This document shows, in pieces, positions 25,048-34,257 of a stretch of 40,000 bases of DNA (position 1 is the first letter of the stretch; every line of letters begins with the position of its first letter). This DNA comes from Bacillus phage 031MP002. Below the pieces are notes generated by a model. That model did not search any database, was not told the origin of the DNA, and saw only the letters and a list, made by a program, of their open reading frames with translations. The stretch lies in sequence record MN176224.1; one strand, 5' to 3'. The position numbers and the translations under genes are program-made.

Positions 25048-27378
25048 ATGGCATTATCAGGCACGATTCATAAGAACGTTGGCGACCATTGGGCTTTACG
25101 GCTCGAATGGTCTGCCACGCAAGATATTGACGCAAACACAAGTAGAGTAACAGCGAGATTATATTGGATAGCTGACCAATACGGGGCTGTCTATTCAAGT
25201 GCTTCAAAAACAGCATCAATCGGTATAGATGGTTCGTGGAATGATAAAACAGCGGACAACTTGGCGGCTTTGAGTGACGGGCAGAAAAAGAAAATTCATG
25301 AATACACAAGAACGATCAATCACGCTTCGGATGGTACGGCAGATGTCACCCTAGATGGTTGGTTTGATGCCAAAGTAACTCTTGATGGCGTATACTACAG
25401 TCGAATCGAATTGCCTGGAACAACTTGGAATCTGAACACAATCCCAAGGGAATCAAAGCTTTCGTCTTCAGCTAACTGGACAGCACCAAACAGCTTGACC
25501 CTTTCTATCTCTCGTGCGTCCAGTGCATTTACACACACAGCAAAAATTTATGTAGGCGGCACGCTGATAAGAACTGAGACGGGCATATCTACAAGCAGGA
25601 CAGTCTCTTTTACAACAGCGCAAAATACTACAATTTTCGAAAAGTTAGCGCAGGGCAGTTCTGTAGGAACGAAAATTGAAATCATCACTTACAAGGGTTC
25701 TACCAATATAGGGACTACATCGAAAACAGGCACGGTCTACGCCCCATCATCCTCTACGTTGTCTGTCCCTTCATCCTTGAACGTGGGCGACACATTGAAC
25801 GGGACTATCTCACGGAAAAATAGTGCGTTTGTCCATGATGTACGATTGTATTTTGAGAGTGGATACATTGATCTGATGGATGAAGGCGGCACTTCATTTT
25901 CTTATGACACAGACAACATTGCAGACACTTTGTATGCTCAGATGCCTAACGCTAATTCTTGGAAAGGCAGAATAAGAATATGGACGCATTACAACGGCGT
26001 TCAGGTACAGGGAGGCAGAGACTACTACGTTACTTTTAAAGTAGTAAATTCGAACCCGATCTTCAGCGGCGGCATTTCGTACAAAGACACGAATACCACT
26101 ACCACAGCTATTACGGGGAATGATCAAGAAATAATACAAGGAGTGTCGAAGGTGCTTGTCACGATTCCTGCGGCAAACAAAGCGCAGGCGCAAAATGGCG
26201 CTACGATGAAGCAGTACATCGCTATTTTGAACGGAGTACAAAAGACAGCTAACTATTCCAGTACAGCAGATGTGACAATAGACTTCGGAACGATTGACGC
26301 TAAAGCAGATAGCAACCTGACAGTGCAAGCGGTAGACAGCAGGGGGAACAAAACGACTGTATACAAAACGGTTCAAGTCATCCCGTATCAGCCGCCTTCC
26401 ATTTCATTTACTGCGGACAGGGTTAACACTTTTGAAGCGGACACAGTTATCAGGGCGCAGGGTTCATATTCTACGCTCACGGTGAATGGCGTGAACAAAA
26501 ACAGCGTACAAGCCCTGACATACTCTTACAGGCCGACAAATGAATCTACAGAGGAAGGTTCAGGGGATATTCCCAAAACTATAAAAGGACAGACATTTTC
26601 AGGCAAAACCACTATAATTATAGATAACCTGAAGTCATACTATGTCGAAGTCAAAGTTAAAGATATTTTCAACGAAATCACTGTCAGCGTGACCGTGCCT
26701 GTAGGTCAGCCGCTAGTTTATTATGATGAATATAACCGTTCTGTTGGGTTCAACGACTTCCCTACTGCACCGAACCAAGTGTTTATGAATGCACAGCTAA
26801 TGTTCGGTGGCAACATGTGGGGAGCGAACAGCGGTATCAACATGCAAAACGGAGATATTACCCGAATTAACGGTCTATGGTTCAATGACAGGGCAAACAA
26901 TAGGGGAGAAGGATTGCTATTCCCACGAACCAACACACCTGAAGGCTCTACAGATAACACGCAATATGACAGTTGGTATATCAGGGATGGAGTTGTCTAT
27001 TTCAATGACCAAGTTGTGGGCGTAGATGTCTTCCCTACCCTATGGACGGGCGCAATGTATATGACAGCATCCCAAACAGTCACGCCTGCCAAAAAGTTGT
27101 CTGAATGTCCTACAGGATGGATTTTAAATTGGTCTGACTATGACGGTAACGAGGTAGCGAACCCATACGACAATAATTACACATTTATTCCTAAGTACCA
27201 CCCTAGATTGTCTAATGACCAAGGGGTTTACGCCGTCCTTTCTTCAGGATTGACTCAAGAAACTTCACTAACGATGAAATACGTTTATGTCACTGATTCA
27301 CAAATTAGAGGGAATGACAGAAACGGTGAGACAGTTGAAAAGCGTGATATAGTTCTTCGGGCAGTATTTGCAATTTAG
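25048..27378 (+). CDS. Phage minor structural protein (DUF859-like baseplate/tail protein)
   Basis: 'MALSGTIHKNVGDHWALRLEWSATQDIDANTSRVTARLYW' start characteristic of DUF859-type proteins. Confidence 0.72.
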   Translation: MALSGTIHKNVGDHWALRLEWSATQDIDANTSRVTARLYWIADQYGAVYSSASKTASIGIDGSWNDKTADNLAALSDGQKKKIHEYTRTINHASDGTADVTLDGWFDAKVTLDGVYYSRIELPGTTWNLNTIPRESKLSSSANWTAPNSLTLSISRASSAFTHTAKIYVGGTLIRTETGISTSRTVSFTTAQNTTIFEKLAQGSSVGTKIEIITYKGSTNIGTTSKTGTVYAPSSSTLSVPSSLNVGDTLNGTISRKNSAFVHDVRLYFESGYIDLMDEGGTSFSYDTDNIADTLYAQMPNANSWKGRIRIWTHYNGVQVQGGRDYYVTFKVVNSNPIFSGGISYKDTNTTTTAITGNDQEIIQGVSKVLVTIPAANKAQAQNGATMKQYIAILNGVQKTANYSSTADVTIDFGTIDAKADSNLTVQAVDSRGNKTTVYKTVQVIPYQPPSISFTADRVNTFEADTVIRAQGSYSTLTVNGVNKNSVQALTYSYRPTNESTEEGSGDIPKTIKGQTFSGKTTIIIDNLKSYYVEVKVKDIFNEITVSVTVPVGQPLVYYDEYNRSVGFNDFPTAPNQVFMNAQLMFGGNMWGANSGINMQNGDITRINGLWFNDRANNRGEGLLFPRTNTPEGSTDNTQYDSWYIRDGVVYFNDQVVGVDVFPTLWTGAMYMTASQTVTPAKKLSECPTGWILNWSDYDGNEVANPYDNNYTFIPKYHPRLSNDQGVYAVLSSGLTQETSLTMKYVYVTDSQIRGNDRNGETVEKRDIVLRAVFAI

Positions 27379-27392
27379 AAAGGGGAGAGAAC

Positions 27393-27794
27393 ATGAAAAC
27401 CATTTACGTGACTTTGGATTCTGAAGGATTCGTTAACGGTTGGGGTAGCACAAGGGGGCAAGAATCAGATGTCGAATTGACGCTAGAAGAAAACCACGCA
27501 TTCTTCAGTGACCCTTTTTCCTACAGCATCCAAGATGGACAACCTGTTTTCAGCCAAGAAAAGAAAGACAGCAGGGAAAAGGAAAGGGAAGAAGCGAGGA
27601 ATAAACCTACGGTTGACGAACGTCTTTCTGCAAACGAAACGGCACATAGTGACCTGATTCTCGATCTAGCGATGAAGGAATTTAAGTTGAAAAAACAGGA
27701 GTCTATTATCACACGGCAAGAACAGCTTTTAAAAGAACAAGGTGAAATGAATGCTGAATTAGTATTTAAATTATCTATAGCGGAGGGAAAATGA
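27393..27794 (+). CDS. XkdW-like tail accessory protein
   Basis: 133 aa, position between receptor-binding genes and the XkdX-like gene. Confidence 0.45.
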   Translation: MKTIYVTLDSEGFVNGWGSTRGQESDVELTLEENHAFFSDPFSYSIQDGQPVFSQEKKDSREKEREEARNKPTVDERLSANETAHSDLILDLAMKEFKLKKQESIITRQEQLLKEQGEMNAELVFKLSIAEGK

Positions 27795-27973
27795 TTATGG
27801 ACTACTATAAATATATTAAAAGATACTATGAAATGGGATATTACAGCGATGACCCTGCACATAATAGATATGTCGGTTACTTCGTGGAAGCGGGGGAAAT
27901 CACCGAAGAACAATTCACTGAAATCACTGGGAAACCTTACGTGCCACCTGTAATTCCTATCGAAAGCCTTTAA
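27791..27973 (+). CDS. XkdX family protein
   Basis: 'DYYKYIKRYYEMGYYSDDPAHNRYVGYFVEAGEITEEQFTEITGKPY'. Confidence 0.75.
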   Translation: MIMDYYKYIKRYYEMGYYSDDPAHNRYVGYFVEAGEITEEQFTEITGKPYVPPVIPIESL

Positions 27974-27998
27974 GCGGAATAATTTTCTTTAGTAAACA

Positions 27999-28028
27999 TT
28001 GGTCGCCCGCCCATTAAATTGATATAAT
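27999..28028 (+). promoter_or_regulatory. Promoter for the lysis module
   Basis: TTGGTC (27999-28004), 18-nt spacer, TATAAT (28023-28028). Confidence 0.5.
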
Positions 28029-28061
28029 CATAGGGACGAGTTGGAAGGGAGGTGCTAAACG

Positions 28062-28529
28062 TTGGTCAAGGCTCAAACAGATACATTTTGGGCGACTCTA
28101 ACGGGCGGTTTCTTCGCTTCCGTGGCGTACCTTATGGGCGGCGTGGACAATCTATTGATCTGTTTGTCCATTCTCATGATTGTCGATTATGTCACGGGCG
28201 TCATGATAGGTTTCTTGGACAAGCAGGTTTCTAGTCAGAGGGCTTATCGTGGCATTGCGAAGAAGGTCACGATGTTACTGTTCATTATTGTCGCAAATCA
28301 AGTGGACATTATTTTCGGTTCACAAAACGGCGAACTCAGATACTACATCCTCATGCTATTGATTGCCACTGAAGGTATTTCATTGACAGAGAACTTCGGA
28401 AAGCTTGGCTTACCTATCCCCGCTTTTTGGACTGATGCACTAGAAGCTATCAGACAAAGAAGTGGCGGCGGTAGCGATACTGTAAAAGTCGTGCTTGAAG
28501 AAAAAACCACGGAAGGGGAGAAAAAATAA
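28062..28529 (+). CDS. Phage holin (toxin-secretion/phage-lysis holin family)
   Basis: '[30 protein letters not shown]...[25 protein letters not shown]' typical of this family. Confidence 0.88.
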   Translation: MVKAQTDTFWATLTGGFFASVAYLMGGVDNLLICLSILMIVDYVTGVMIGFLDKQVSSQRAYRGIAKKVTMLLFIIVANQVDIIFGSQNGELRYYILMLLIATEGISLTENFGKLGLPIPAFWTDALEAIRQRSGGGSDTVKVVLEEKTTEGEKK

Positions 28530-29671
28530 TGGCTGATAGAGTTTTAGAAAACGGAATTGACGTTTCACGATACCAAGGGAATATTGACTGGAAAAAGGTT
28601 GTCAAAGATAACGATAACATTAAATTCGTTTTCATCAAAGCAACACAAGGGACAGGCTATAAAGACCCCAAGCTTTCTGCAAACATTAAAGGCAGTGAAG
28701 CGGTAGGGCTGGACAACGGTCTATATCATTACGCAACTTTCACAAGTAAAGCAAGCGCACTAGCTGAAGCGAAATGGTTCGTATCCCAAGCTGGGAACTA
28801 CAAGTTTGAAAGAGGGCTTGTTTTAGACTTGGAAGAGAACAGGGGAGGACTGGGGAAAACAGCCCTCACAGATGCCGCCCTAGCATTCCTTGACTATATC
28901 AATAGTAAAGGACATAAAGCGGTATTGTACATCAATAAGAACTATTATGACAACTATCTCGATATGTCCCGCATCCTGAACAAATACGAGGTGTGGATTG
29001 CACGATACAACTCTTTCTTGAATGTAGAAGGTGCTGATTATTGGCAATACACAGATAAAGGGAAAGTGGATGGCATTGCAGGGTATGTAGACATGAACCA
29101 CTCTCTTGATGACGGAAAAACTGAAAAAGCTGGAAGCACAACCCCGCCGAAAAAAGTAGCGGCTACCAAACCTAAAGCACGCACCAAGAACTCAGACGGC
29201 ACTTACACGGTTCGTTCAGGTGACACGCTCAGTGAGATTGCCGCAGACTTCGGGGTAAAAGCATCAGACCTACAAAAATGGAACGGCATTAAAAACGCCA
29301 ATGTCATTTCCGTAGGTCAAAAACTGAAGCTGAAAGGCTCTACCTCTTCTTCATCCTCATCTAGCACCAAGACATACACAGTGAAGAGCGGCGATTCTTT
29401 AAGCGGCATTGCGGCAAAGTATGGGACAACCGTTTCTAAACTTCAGTCGCTAAACGGAATCAAAGACCCTAACTTCATCAAGGTGGGGCAAAAGATCAAA
29501 ATATCAGGTTCGTCCTCTTCTTCGTCCAGTAAAACAATCACAGTCAAGTCAGGTGATACAGTTTCGGAATTAGCGGCTAAATACGGGACAACGAAAGAGA
29601 AAATTCGTTCTTGGAATAAATTAGATTCGGATTACACGATTTACGCAGGTCAAAAATTGAGAGTTCGATAA
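28529..29671 (+). CDS. Endolysin: GH25 muramidase with two LysM repeats
   Basis: '[17 protein letters not shown]...VFIKATQG...GLVLDLEEN' plus two LysM repeats ('[28 protein letters not shown]'). Confidence 0.93.
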   Translation: MADRVLENGIDVSRYQGNIDWKKVVKDNDNIKFVFIKATQGTGYKDPKLSANIKGSEAVGLDNGLYHYATFTSKASALAEAKWFVSQAGNYKFERGLVLDLEENRGGLGKTALTDAALAFLDYINSKGHKAVLYINKNYYDNYLDMSRILNKYEVWIARYNSFLNVEGADYWQYTDKGKVDGIAGYVDMNHSLDDGKTEKAGSTTPPKKVAATKPKARTKNSDGTYTVRSGDTLSEIAADFGVKASDLQKWNGIKNANVISVGQKLKLKGSTSSSSSSSTKTYTVKSGDSLSGIAAKYGTTVSKLQSLNGIKDPNFIKVGQKIKISGSSSSSSSKTITVKSGDTVSELAAKYGTTKEKIRSWNKLDSDYTIYAGQKLRVR

Positions 29672-29683
29672 GGAGGGCTAGAC

Positions 29684-29980
29684 ATGGAACAAGTTATGAA
29701 TGAGAACATGACGCAACTTATGCTTTTCGTTACATTCCTCACACCGTTAGTTACAGCGGTCACAGAGGTTATTAAACGCTCAGTAGGGGAAAAGGCTTTG
29801 CCTGCCCGTTATCACACGCTGGTGGCTATTGTAGTGGCTTTAGGGCTTGCTTCCCTAGCGTGGGTATTCACAGACTTGAACGCAACCTACAGGCTATGGG
29901 CGGGCTTATTTGCAGGCTTGGCATCAGCAAAGGTTTATGACATCACTAAAAACATTGCAAACAGCACCAAAAAAGGTTAA
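29684..29980 (+). CDS. Small two-TM protein, probable second holin/antiholin
   Basis: 98 aa with two hydrophobic helices directly after the endolysin. Confidence 0.6.
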   Translation: MEQVMNENMTQLMLFVTFLTPLVTAVTEVIKRSVGEKALPARYHTLVAIVVALGLASLAWVFTDLNATYRLWAGLFAGLASAKVYDITKNIANSTKKG

Positions 29981-30088
29981 AATAAAATCAATCCTTTGGG
30001 GTTTCGATAATGTTTTTGTCATTGTCTGACTATCCCTTTCAAAAGTTCCCTGAAAGTGCGCCACGCTTACAGGGGGCTTTTTTTATGC

Positions 30089-30117
30089 TTGAAAAAATAA
30101 CATTACTGCGGTAAAAT
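30089..30117 (+). promoter_or_regulatory. Promoter for a small RNA candidate
   Basis: TTGAAA (30089-30094), 17-nt spacer, TAAAAT (30112-30117). Confidence 0.6.
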
Positions 30118-30123
30118 AATATT

Positions 30124-30238
30124 CATTGGAAGGTGCGGAAACACCTGCCAATACGTGCAAAATCCATCCATCGTTCAAAGCTTGCAACATTTTTATCACA
30201 AGAAAACCCGCCTTTGATGCTAGGCGGGATTTTTTTAT
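30124..30238 (+). ncRNA. Small RNA candidate downstream of the lysis module
   Basis: 5' hairpin ATTGG-A-AGGTG/CACCT-G-CCAAT (30125-30152) with CGGAAA loop; terminator CCCGCCT-TTGATGCT-AGGCGGG + ATTTTTTT. Confidence 0.55.
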
Positions 30239-30636
30239 TCCATAGCGCTTTTTAATTTATCGGGGGCGTATCCCATAAGGTTAGCCACATCGAATATACT
30301 CATTCCCTTATCGCTCATTAAATGCTTTGCCAACCTCACGTCACCCTCAGACGGCTCTTTGATGTCCATAGCCTTTATAAGCCTTTTGAATGTCAATTCT
30401 TTAGCGGCTTCAGACTTTGATTGAGTTGTAAGGTGTTCAGGGTTTATGCAGTATTGGTTTTGACACGTGTGAACCACAATGTGACCTTCAGGGACATCGC
30501 CAAAGCATTCTTCATATATGTGCCGTGTAGCTTTAACAACCCGCCGCCCTTTCCTTAAAGTGGGCACAGAGTCAACACCCTTCAATTCAAAACACCCTAG
30601 ATCAATAATATCGAATTCCAAAATTTTCTTACCCAT
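30235..30636 (-). CDS. HNH-type protein with C-terminal HTH-like region
   Basis: 'GHIVVHTCQNQYCINPEHLTTQSKSE' HNH_3-like motif and 'KGMSIFDVANLMGYAPDKLKSAM'. Confidence 0.65.
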   Translation of the reverse strand: MGKKILEFDIIDLGCFELKGVDSVPTLRKGRRVVKATRHIYEECFGDVPEGHIVVHTCQNQYCINPEHLTTQSKSEAAKELTFKRLIKAMDIKEPSEGDVRLAKHLMSDKGMSIFDVANLMGYAPDKLKSAME

Positions 30637-30648
30637 CTTATCACCCCT

Positions 30649-30852
30649 ACTTTGTAACTTCGTTCAATACACAAATACATTTTACAATGTAACCTCGTTA
30701 CTTTCAAGCCTTTTTTCACTATGTAACCACGTTGTAATGTTACTGTACATTACATGAGGTTACATAGTGGATTTACAAAAATTGTGCGATTTACTACCCT
30801 GTAACTTCATGTAATGTACCGTAATGCTCATGTACATTACATGAGGTTACAG
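30649..30852. repeat. Cluster of about 20-bp inverted/direct repeats, core ATGTAACCTCATGTAATGTAC
   Basis: TTTGTAACTTCGTT, ATGTAACCTCGTTAC (30687-30701), imperfect IR ATGTAACCACGTTGTAATGT/ACATTACATGAGGTTACAT (30721-30765), 21-bp IR CTGTAACTTCATGTAATGTAC (30799-30819)/GTACATTACATGAGGTTACAG (30832-30852). Confidence 0.85.
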
Positions 30853-30987
30853 AGTAAGAATGCCGCCATTTCAAGCTTTCATTCGATTTTCAAAAATCGT
30901 CAACAATAAGATATATAATATATTTATTAATAAATAATAATAAAAAGATATTAATAATATTCTTGTGGACGAAACAAAAAAATATAG

Positions 30988-31017
30988 TTGACTGAAATAA
31001 ACTGGACGTGTTACCAT
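30988..31017 (+). promoter_or_regulatory. Promoter with TTGACTGAAATAAA element
   Basis: TTGACT (30988-30993) and extended -10 TGt-TACCAT (TG 31009-31010; 31012-31017). Confidence 0.6.
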
Positions 31018-31052
31018 TGGAACAAGCCAAAGGAGAAAAGAGGGGAAGTAGG

Positions 31053-31421
31053 GTGGCGAAGTATAAACCAAAAGACAAGTTGCATTTTTTGAACGAGTCA
31101 TCAGGAACTTCTTTTACTGCCGTAATAACCCAAGTGTTAGATCATGTCAATGAAGTCTACAATATAAGAATTACCAAATCATCAAATCCTATGCTATTAG
31201 AAAATGAACTTGTATTTCATCTGAAGAATGCAGGAAGTAAGCATATGAAACTGATGAACGTAGAAAAGTTTGATGATGTATTGGCGAAGTACGAAGCGGC
31301 AAAACATTATAATTCCATGTTATTAGCCGTAGACACGAATGACCAAGCTTGGTTTGAAGAAGCATCAGCAAGTTATGAATACTGGAAGAGACAGATTCCT
31401 GAAAGTGGTGACGTTTCGTGA
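31053..31421 (+). CDS. Hypothetical protein (GTG start inferred)
   Basis: 'VAKYKPKDKLHFLNESSG...' after RBS GAGGGGAAG; the upstream ORF portion overlaps the promoter/leader. Confidence 0.6.
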   Translation: MAKYKPKDKLHFLNESSGTSFTAVITQVLDHVNEVYNIRITKSSNPMLLENELVFHLKNAGSKHMKLMNVEKFDDVLAKYEAAKHYNSMLLAVDTNDQAWFEEASASYEYWKRQIPESGDVS

Positions 31422-31561
31422 AGAAAAAAGAATATGAAGTTGTATACGAAGTGGGCGGCAAACATTACAAGCGCTCAATATTCGATATTGATTTTGACAG
31501 CGCCATAAAGCAGGCGTGGAATATGTTCACAAATGTAAAGTCAGTCAATCCGAAAATCTAG
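31418..31561 (+). CDS. Small hypothetical protein (47 aa) not in the ORF track
   Basis: GTG start overlapping the upstream stop; 'VKKKEYEVVYEVGGKHYKRSIFDIDFDSAIKQAWNMFTNVKSVNPKI'; followed by the RBS of the next gene. Confidence 0.5.
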   Translation: MKKKEYEVVYEVGGKHYKRSIFDIDFDSAIKQAWNMFTNVKSVNPKI

Positions 31562-31573
31562 GAGGAAAAAATA

Positions 31574-31969
31574 ATGTCAAAAGAATTTCTCAATAAATTA
31601 GCAAATGACGCATATGTGCAGATCAAGGCTAAATTCAATAGCGCTTGTGAAGCCGCAGTAAAGGCTATCCAAAAAGAGGGGAAAGAAAGATACGGTGCGG
31701 CTGACTTATTAGCCCTGAAAGATCACTGTGAACTAATCACTTTTGAACTGGATAACGATGTCTCAAAAGGTGTGTTTGAAAGACGGGGGTTCGCGATGGT
31801 GGACACCATTACACAAGAGCCGCTCATGAATTTAGTCGCTGAAGCAGGAATAACAATAGCGGGCGAAGGTGAAATACAAGTGTTCGGGAAATCGTTCAGC
31901 GTGGACGAGTTCATCAAAGTGGAATCAAAAGTTGGTGAAGCAGATGCCGAAAAAAACAACGTCCACTAA
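31574..31969 (+). CDS. Hypothetical protein
   Basis: 131 aa with RBS GGAGGAAAAAA upstream. Confidence 0.65.
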   Translation: MSKEFLNKLANDAYVQIKAKFNSACEAAVKAIQKEGKERYGAADLLALKDHCELITFELDNDVSKGVFERRGFAMVDTITQEPLMNLVAEAGITIAGEGEIQVFGKSFSVDEFIKVESKVGEADAEKNNVH

Positions 31970-32225
31970 AGAAAAGAAAAAGACCTTGTTAGAATACAAC
32001 AAAGGTCACAAGCTGAGGGAATTGAAAGTAGGGCAGACAGTGCCTATATACCGAATACCCTACAAGGCAAAAGGCGAAGCTTATAAGGCAACGGTGAAGA
32101 AAATCATCCGAATGGGAGCGCTTGGTGCAACTTGTCTAGTCGAAAGAGAAGGAACGGGTTCAGAAAGCATTGAATTCATCTATCTCGGCAAAATATACGA
32201 AGGATGGGACAAGCCATTCGGATAG
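31944..32225 (+). CDS. Small basic hypothetical protein
   Basis: 'MPKKTTSTKEKKKTLLEYNKGHKLRELKVGQTVPIYRIPYKAKGEAYKATVKKIIRMG'; overlaps the upstream gene. Confidence 0.5.
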   Translation: MPKKTTSTKEKKKTLLEYNKGHKLRELKVGQTVPIYRIPYKAKGEAYKATVKKIIRMGALGATCLVEREGTGSESIEFIYLGKIYEGWDKPFG

Positions 32226-32251
32226 ACCCCTGAGCGGGTCTTTTTTATTTT
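32225..32251 (+). terminator. Rho-independent terminator
   Basis: GACCCC-TGAGC-GGGTC + TTTTTTATTTT. Confidence 0.8.
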
Positions 32252-32275
32252 GGGCGAAAAAAGTATAAAAAGTAG

Positions 32276-32304
32276 TTGACTGTAGTAAAATAAACATGTA
32301 ATAT
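32276..32304 (+). promoter_or_regulatory. Promoter with TTGACTGTAGTAAA element for the amidoligase gene
   Basis: TTGACT (32276-32281), 17-nt spacer, TAATAT (32299-32304). Confidence 0.85.
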
Positions 32305-32352
32305 AAAGACATAGCAAGGCGCACCACAAAACCCCAAAGGAGCGAATGAAAA

Positions 32353-33219
32353 ATGAAAAATCAACGAATTCTTGAAACGGAAGCACAAAACGCAGTTACA
32401 GGACGTGAAGAAAAAAGAATCGGTATCGAAATTGAATTCTTCGGTGTTCAATACGGATTGGTGGTAAGTGAACTTAGCCGTGCAGGTTTGAACGTGGTTT
32501 GGGAAACCTACGATCACAGAACTACAAATCACTGGAAGCTTGTTTATGACGCTTCAGTCACAGGCGAAGGTACAGGAGTGGGAAGAGGATTGGAATTAGT
32601 TTCCCCGCCGCTAACAATTGACGAAATGGACGAACAACTAGAAACGGCTTTACGGGTACTGAATGAAATCGGCGCAAAAGTAGACAGAACATGTGGCGTG
32701 CATGTCCACCATGAAATTGATGACCTCAACCTAGATCAAATCAAAAACATCTTCGCACTATACAAAAAGCACGAAGAGCATATTGACGAAATGATGCCAC
32801 CTAGCCGCAAAAACGGACGTTACTGCCAAGTTCTTACTGACGGAGATATTTCAAGGGTGAAAGATACGGAATCAATCGAGGGAATTATGAACGCATTAGG
32901 GACACGGTACAAGAAAATCAACTTCATGTGCTACCTGAAATACGGAACAATCGAATTCCGTCAGCATAGCGGTTCGATTGACTTCACAAAGCTTATTAAC
33001 TGGGTACGCATCACACAGGCTTTAGTATCTGCGGCTAAGAACAGAAAGCGCCCTGTTAAAGAATTGACTGAAGCACAAAAGAAGCGGGCTACTGAAGCTT
33101 TTACAAAAGACCTGAAAATTGAATACACTGTACAGGCGATATATAGCCGTGACCGCAAAAAAGAATTAAAGGCGGCGGCACGAAAACGTGAAATGATGCG
33201 CCAAGCGTCAGCTTGCTAA
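32353..33219 (+). CDS. Putative amidoligase (GS-like COOH-NH2 ligase family, PF12224-like)
   Basis: 'KRIGIEIEFFGVQYGLV', 'GRGLELVSPPL', 'TCGVHVHHEIDDL', 'INFMCYLKYGTIEFRQHSGSID'. Confidence 0.88.
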   Translation: MKNQRILETEAQNAVTGREEKRIGIEIEFFGVQYGLVVSELSRAGLNVVWETYDHRTTNHWKLVYDASVTGEGTGVGRGLELVSPPLTIDEMDEQLETALRVLNEIGAKVDRTCGVHVHHEIDDLNLDQIKNIFALYKKHEEHIDEMMPPSRKNGRYCQVLTDGDISRVKDTESIEGIMNALGTRYKKINFMCYLKYGTIEFRQHSGSIDFTKLINWVRITQALVSAAKNRKRPVKELTEAQKKRATEAFTKDLKIEYTVQAIYSRDRKKELKAAARKREMMRQASAC

Positions 33220-33280
33220 ACAGAATATACATAGAGGGCGTCACAGCCCTCTAATTTTAAGCGAAAAAGGAGCGGGTAGA

Positions 33281-33505
33281 GTGATAACACCTGAAACAGC
33301 TAAAAACGTCTTAGAAGGGCTTAGAATGATTCAATTCACCCAATACTCATACGATGACTTTTTGAAGGTTCTTAAAAAGCGAATCATGAGGTATACAGGG
33401 AACACAGAGTGCATGTTCATGAACGAAAGAGAACTTGTCCTAGAACTTGGAAGACTCGGCGTCCTCCAAGATATGAACGGAATAGGGAGGGCGAAACGTG
33501 GGTAA
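33281..33505 (+). CDS. Hypothetical protein
   Basis: 74 aa with AAAGGAG RBS. Confidence 0.5.
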   Translation: MITPETAKNVLEGLRMIQFTQYSYDDFLKVLKKRIMRYTGNTECMFMNERELVLELGRLGVLQDMNGIGRAKRG

Positions 33506-33515
33506 ACTTGTACCA

Positions 33516-33544
33516 TTGACCGCAGTAAACTAATGGTGTACAAT
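33516..33544 (+). promoter_or_regulatory. Promoter with TTGACCGCAGTAAA element
   Basis: TTGACC (33516-33521), 17-nt spacer, TACAAT (33539-33544). Confidence 0.8.
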
Positions 33545-33567
33545 CTAGGCATAACGTATTTTGGAAG

Positions 33568-33822
33568 GTGGTTTCAATGGCATTAGAAATCTTCACGCTG
33601 AAGGACATGGCTGAATACTTCGGCGTTACAAAACAATATATACACAAACTGAAAAATGAGGATGCAAATTTCCCGAAACCTATAGAGAAAAAGGGCAGGG
33701 TGCATCTATACACGAAAAAACAAGTATTGGCGTATGGGAAGCTTAGGGACTTCAGTAACCCGCACCCGAACCGCCTAGAGCGAATGAAGAAGGAGGAAAA
33801 CGAGCATGGAGAAAGTGAATAA
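33568..33822 (+). CDS. Small HTH (MerR/excisionase-like) protein
   Basis: 'FTLKDMAEYFGVTKQYIHKLKNEDANFPKPIEKKGRVHLYTKKQVLAY' winged-HTH pattern. Confidence 0.7.
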   Translation: MVSMALEIFTLKDMAEYFGVTKQYIHKLKNEDANFPKPIEKKGRVHLYTKKQVLAYGKLRDFSNPHPNRLERMKKEENEHGESE

Positions 33823-34048
33823 AATTATCATTGAATCTTACAAGGAATTCACTGATGAAGTTCAATGTGCTGACGATATGGTCAAACTCGAAAATGTCAT
33901 AGTTGCGAAGGAAATTGAAGCAGTCATTGAACAAGCTGACGGAGTCACCTTTTCTTTGGGTTTCACCGTCATGAGAGACAACCCGATCTTCAAAACTATA
34001 AACCCACGGGACATGGTTAGGGAATTTTTTAAAAATCATCTTTCGTGA
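33806..34048 (+). CDS. Hypothetical protein
   Basis: 80 aa, overlaps the upstream gene, GGAGG RBS. Confidence 0.5.
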   Translation: MEKVNKIIIESYKEFTDEVQCADDMVKLENVIVAKEIEAVIEQADGVTFSLGFTVMRDNPIFKTINPRDMVREFFKNHLS

Positions 34049-34077
34049 AACACGCATCTTTCCCGCCTTCGAATCAT

Positions 34078-34098
34078 AAACTGTTCTCAGAACAGTTT
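34078..34098. repeat. 21-bp palindrome AAACTGTTCT-C-AGAACAGTTT
   Basis: Perfect 10-bp arms with 1-nt centre in an intergenic region; no T tract follows. Confidence 0.7.
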
Positions 34099-34171
34099 AA
34101 ATCGGATTCAGGGCACAAAAGTTTCATGACATTTAATGCAATATGATTTAAGGAAGTGCGGCTTTATGTTC

Positions 34172-34237
34172 AGGCTGTCCGATTAAAGGCTTTAAGGGCT
34201 TATCTACACAGACCCTTAGAGCCTGTTTTATTTTCTT
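34172..34237 (+). terminator. Rho-independent terminator with 11-bp stem
   Basis: GGCTTTAAGGG ... CCCTTAGAGCC followed by TGTTTTATTTTC. Confidence 0.75.
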
Positions 34238-34257
34238 GTAAAATTAATAAAGTTATA

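Noticed and set aside
30649-30852. Possible CRISPR array
   Set aside because: Repeats are palindromic, variable in spacing and degenerate; there are no uniform spacers or nearby cas genes.
34078-34098. Interpretation of the palindrome as a rho-independent terminator or a LexA/DinR box
   Set aside because: No U tract follows, and it does not match the CGAACRNRYGTTYC LexA consensus well enough.
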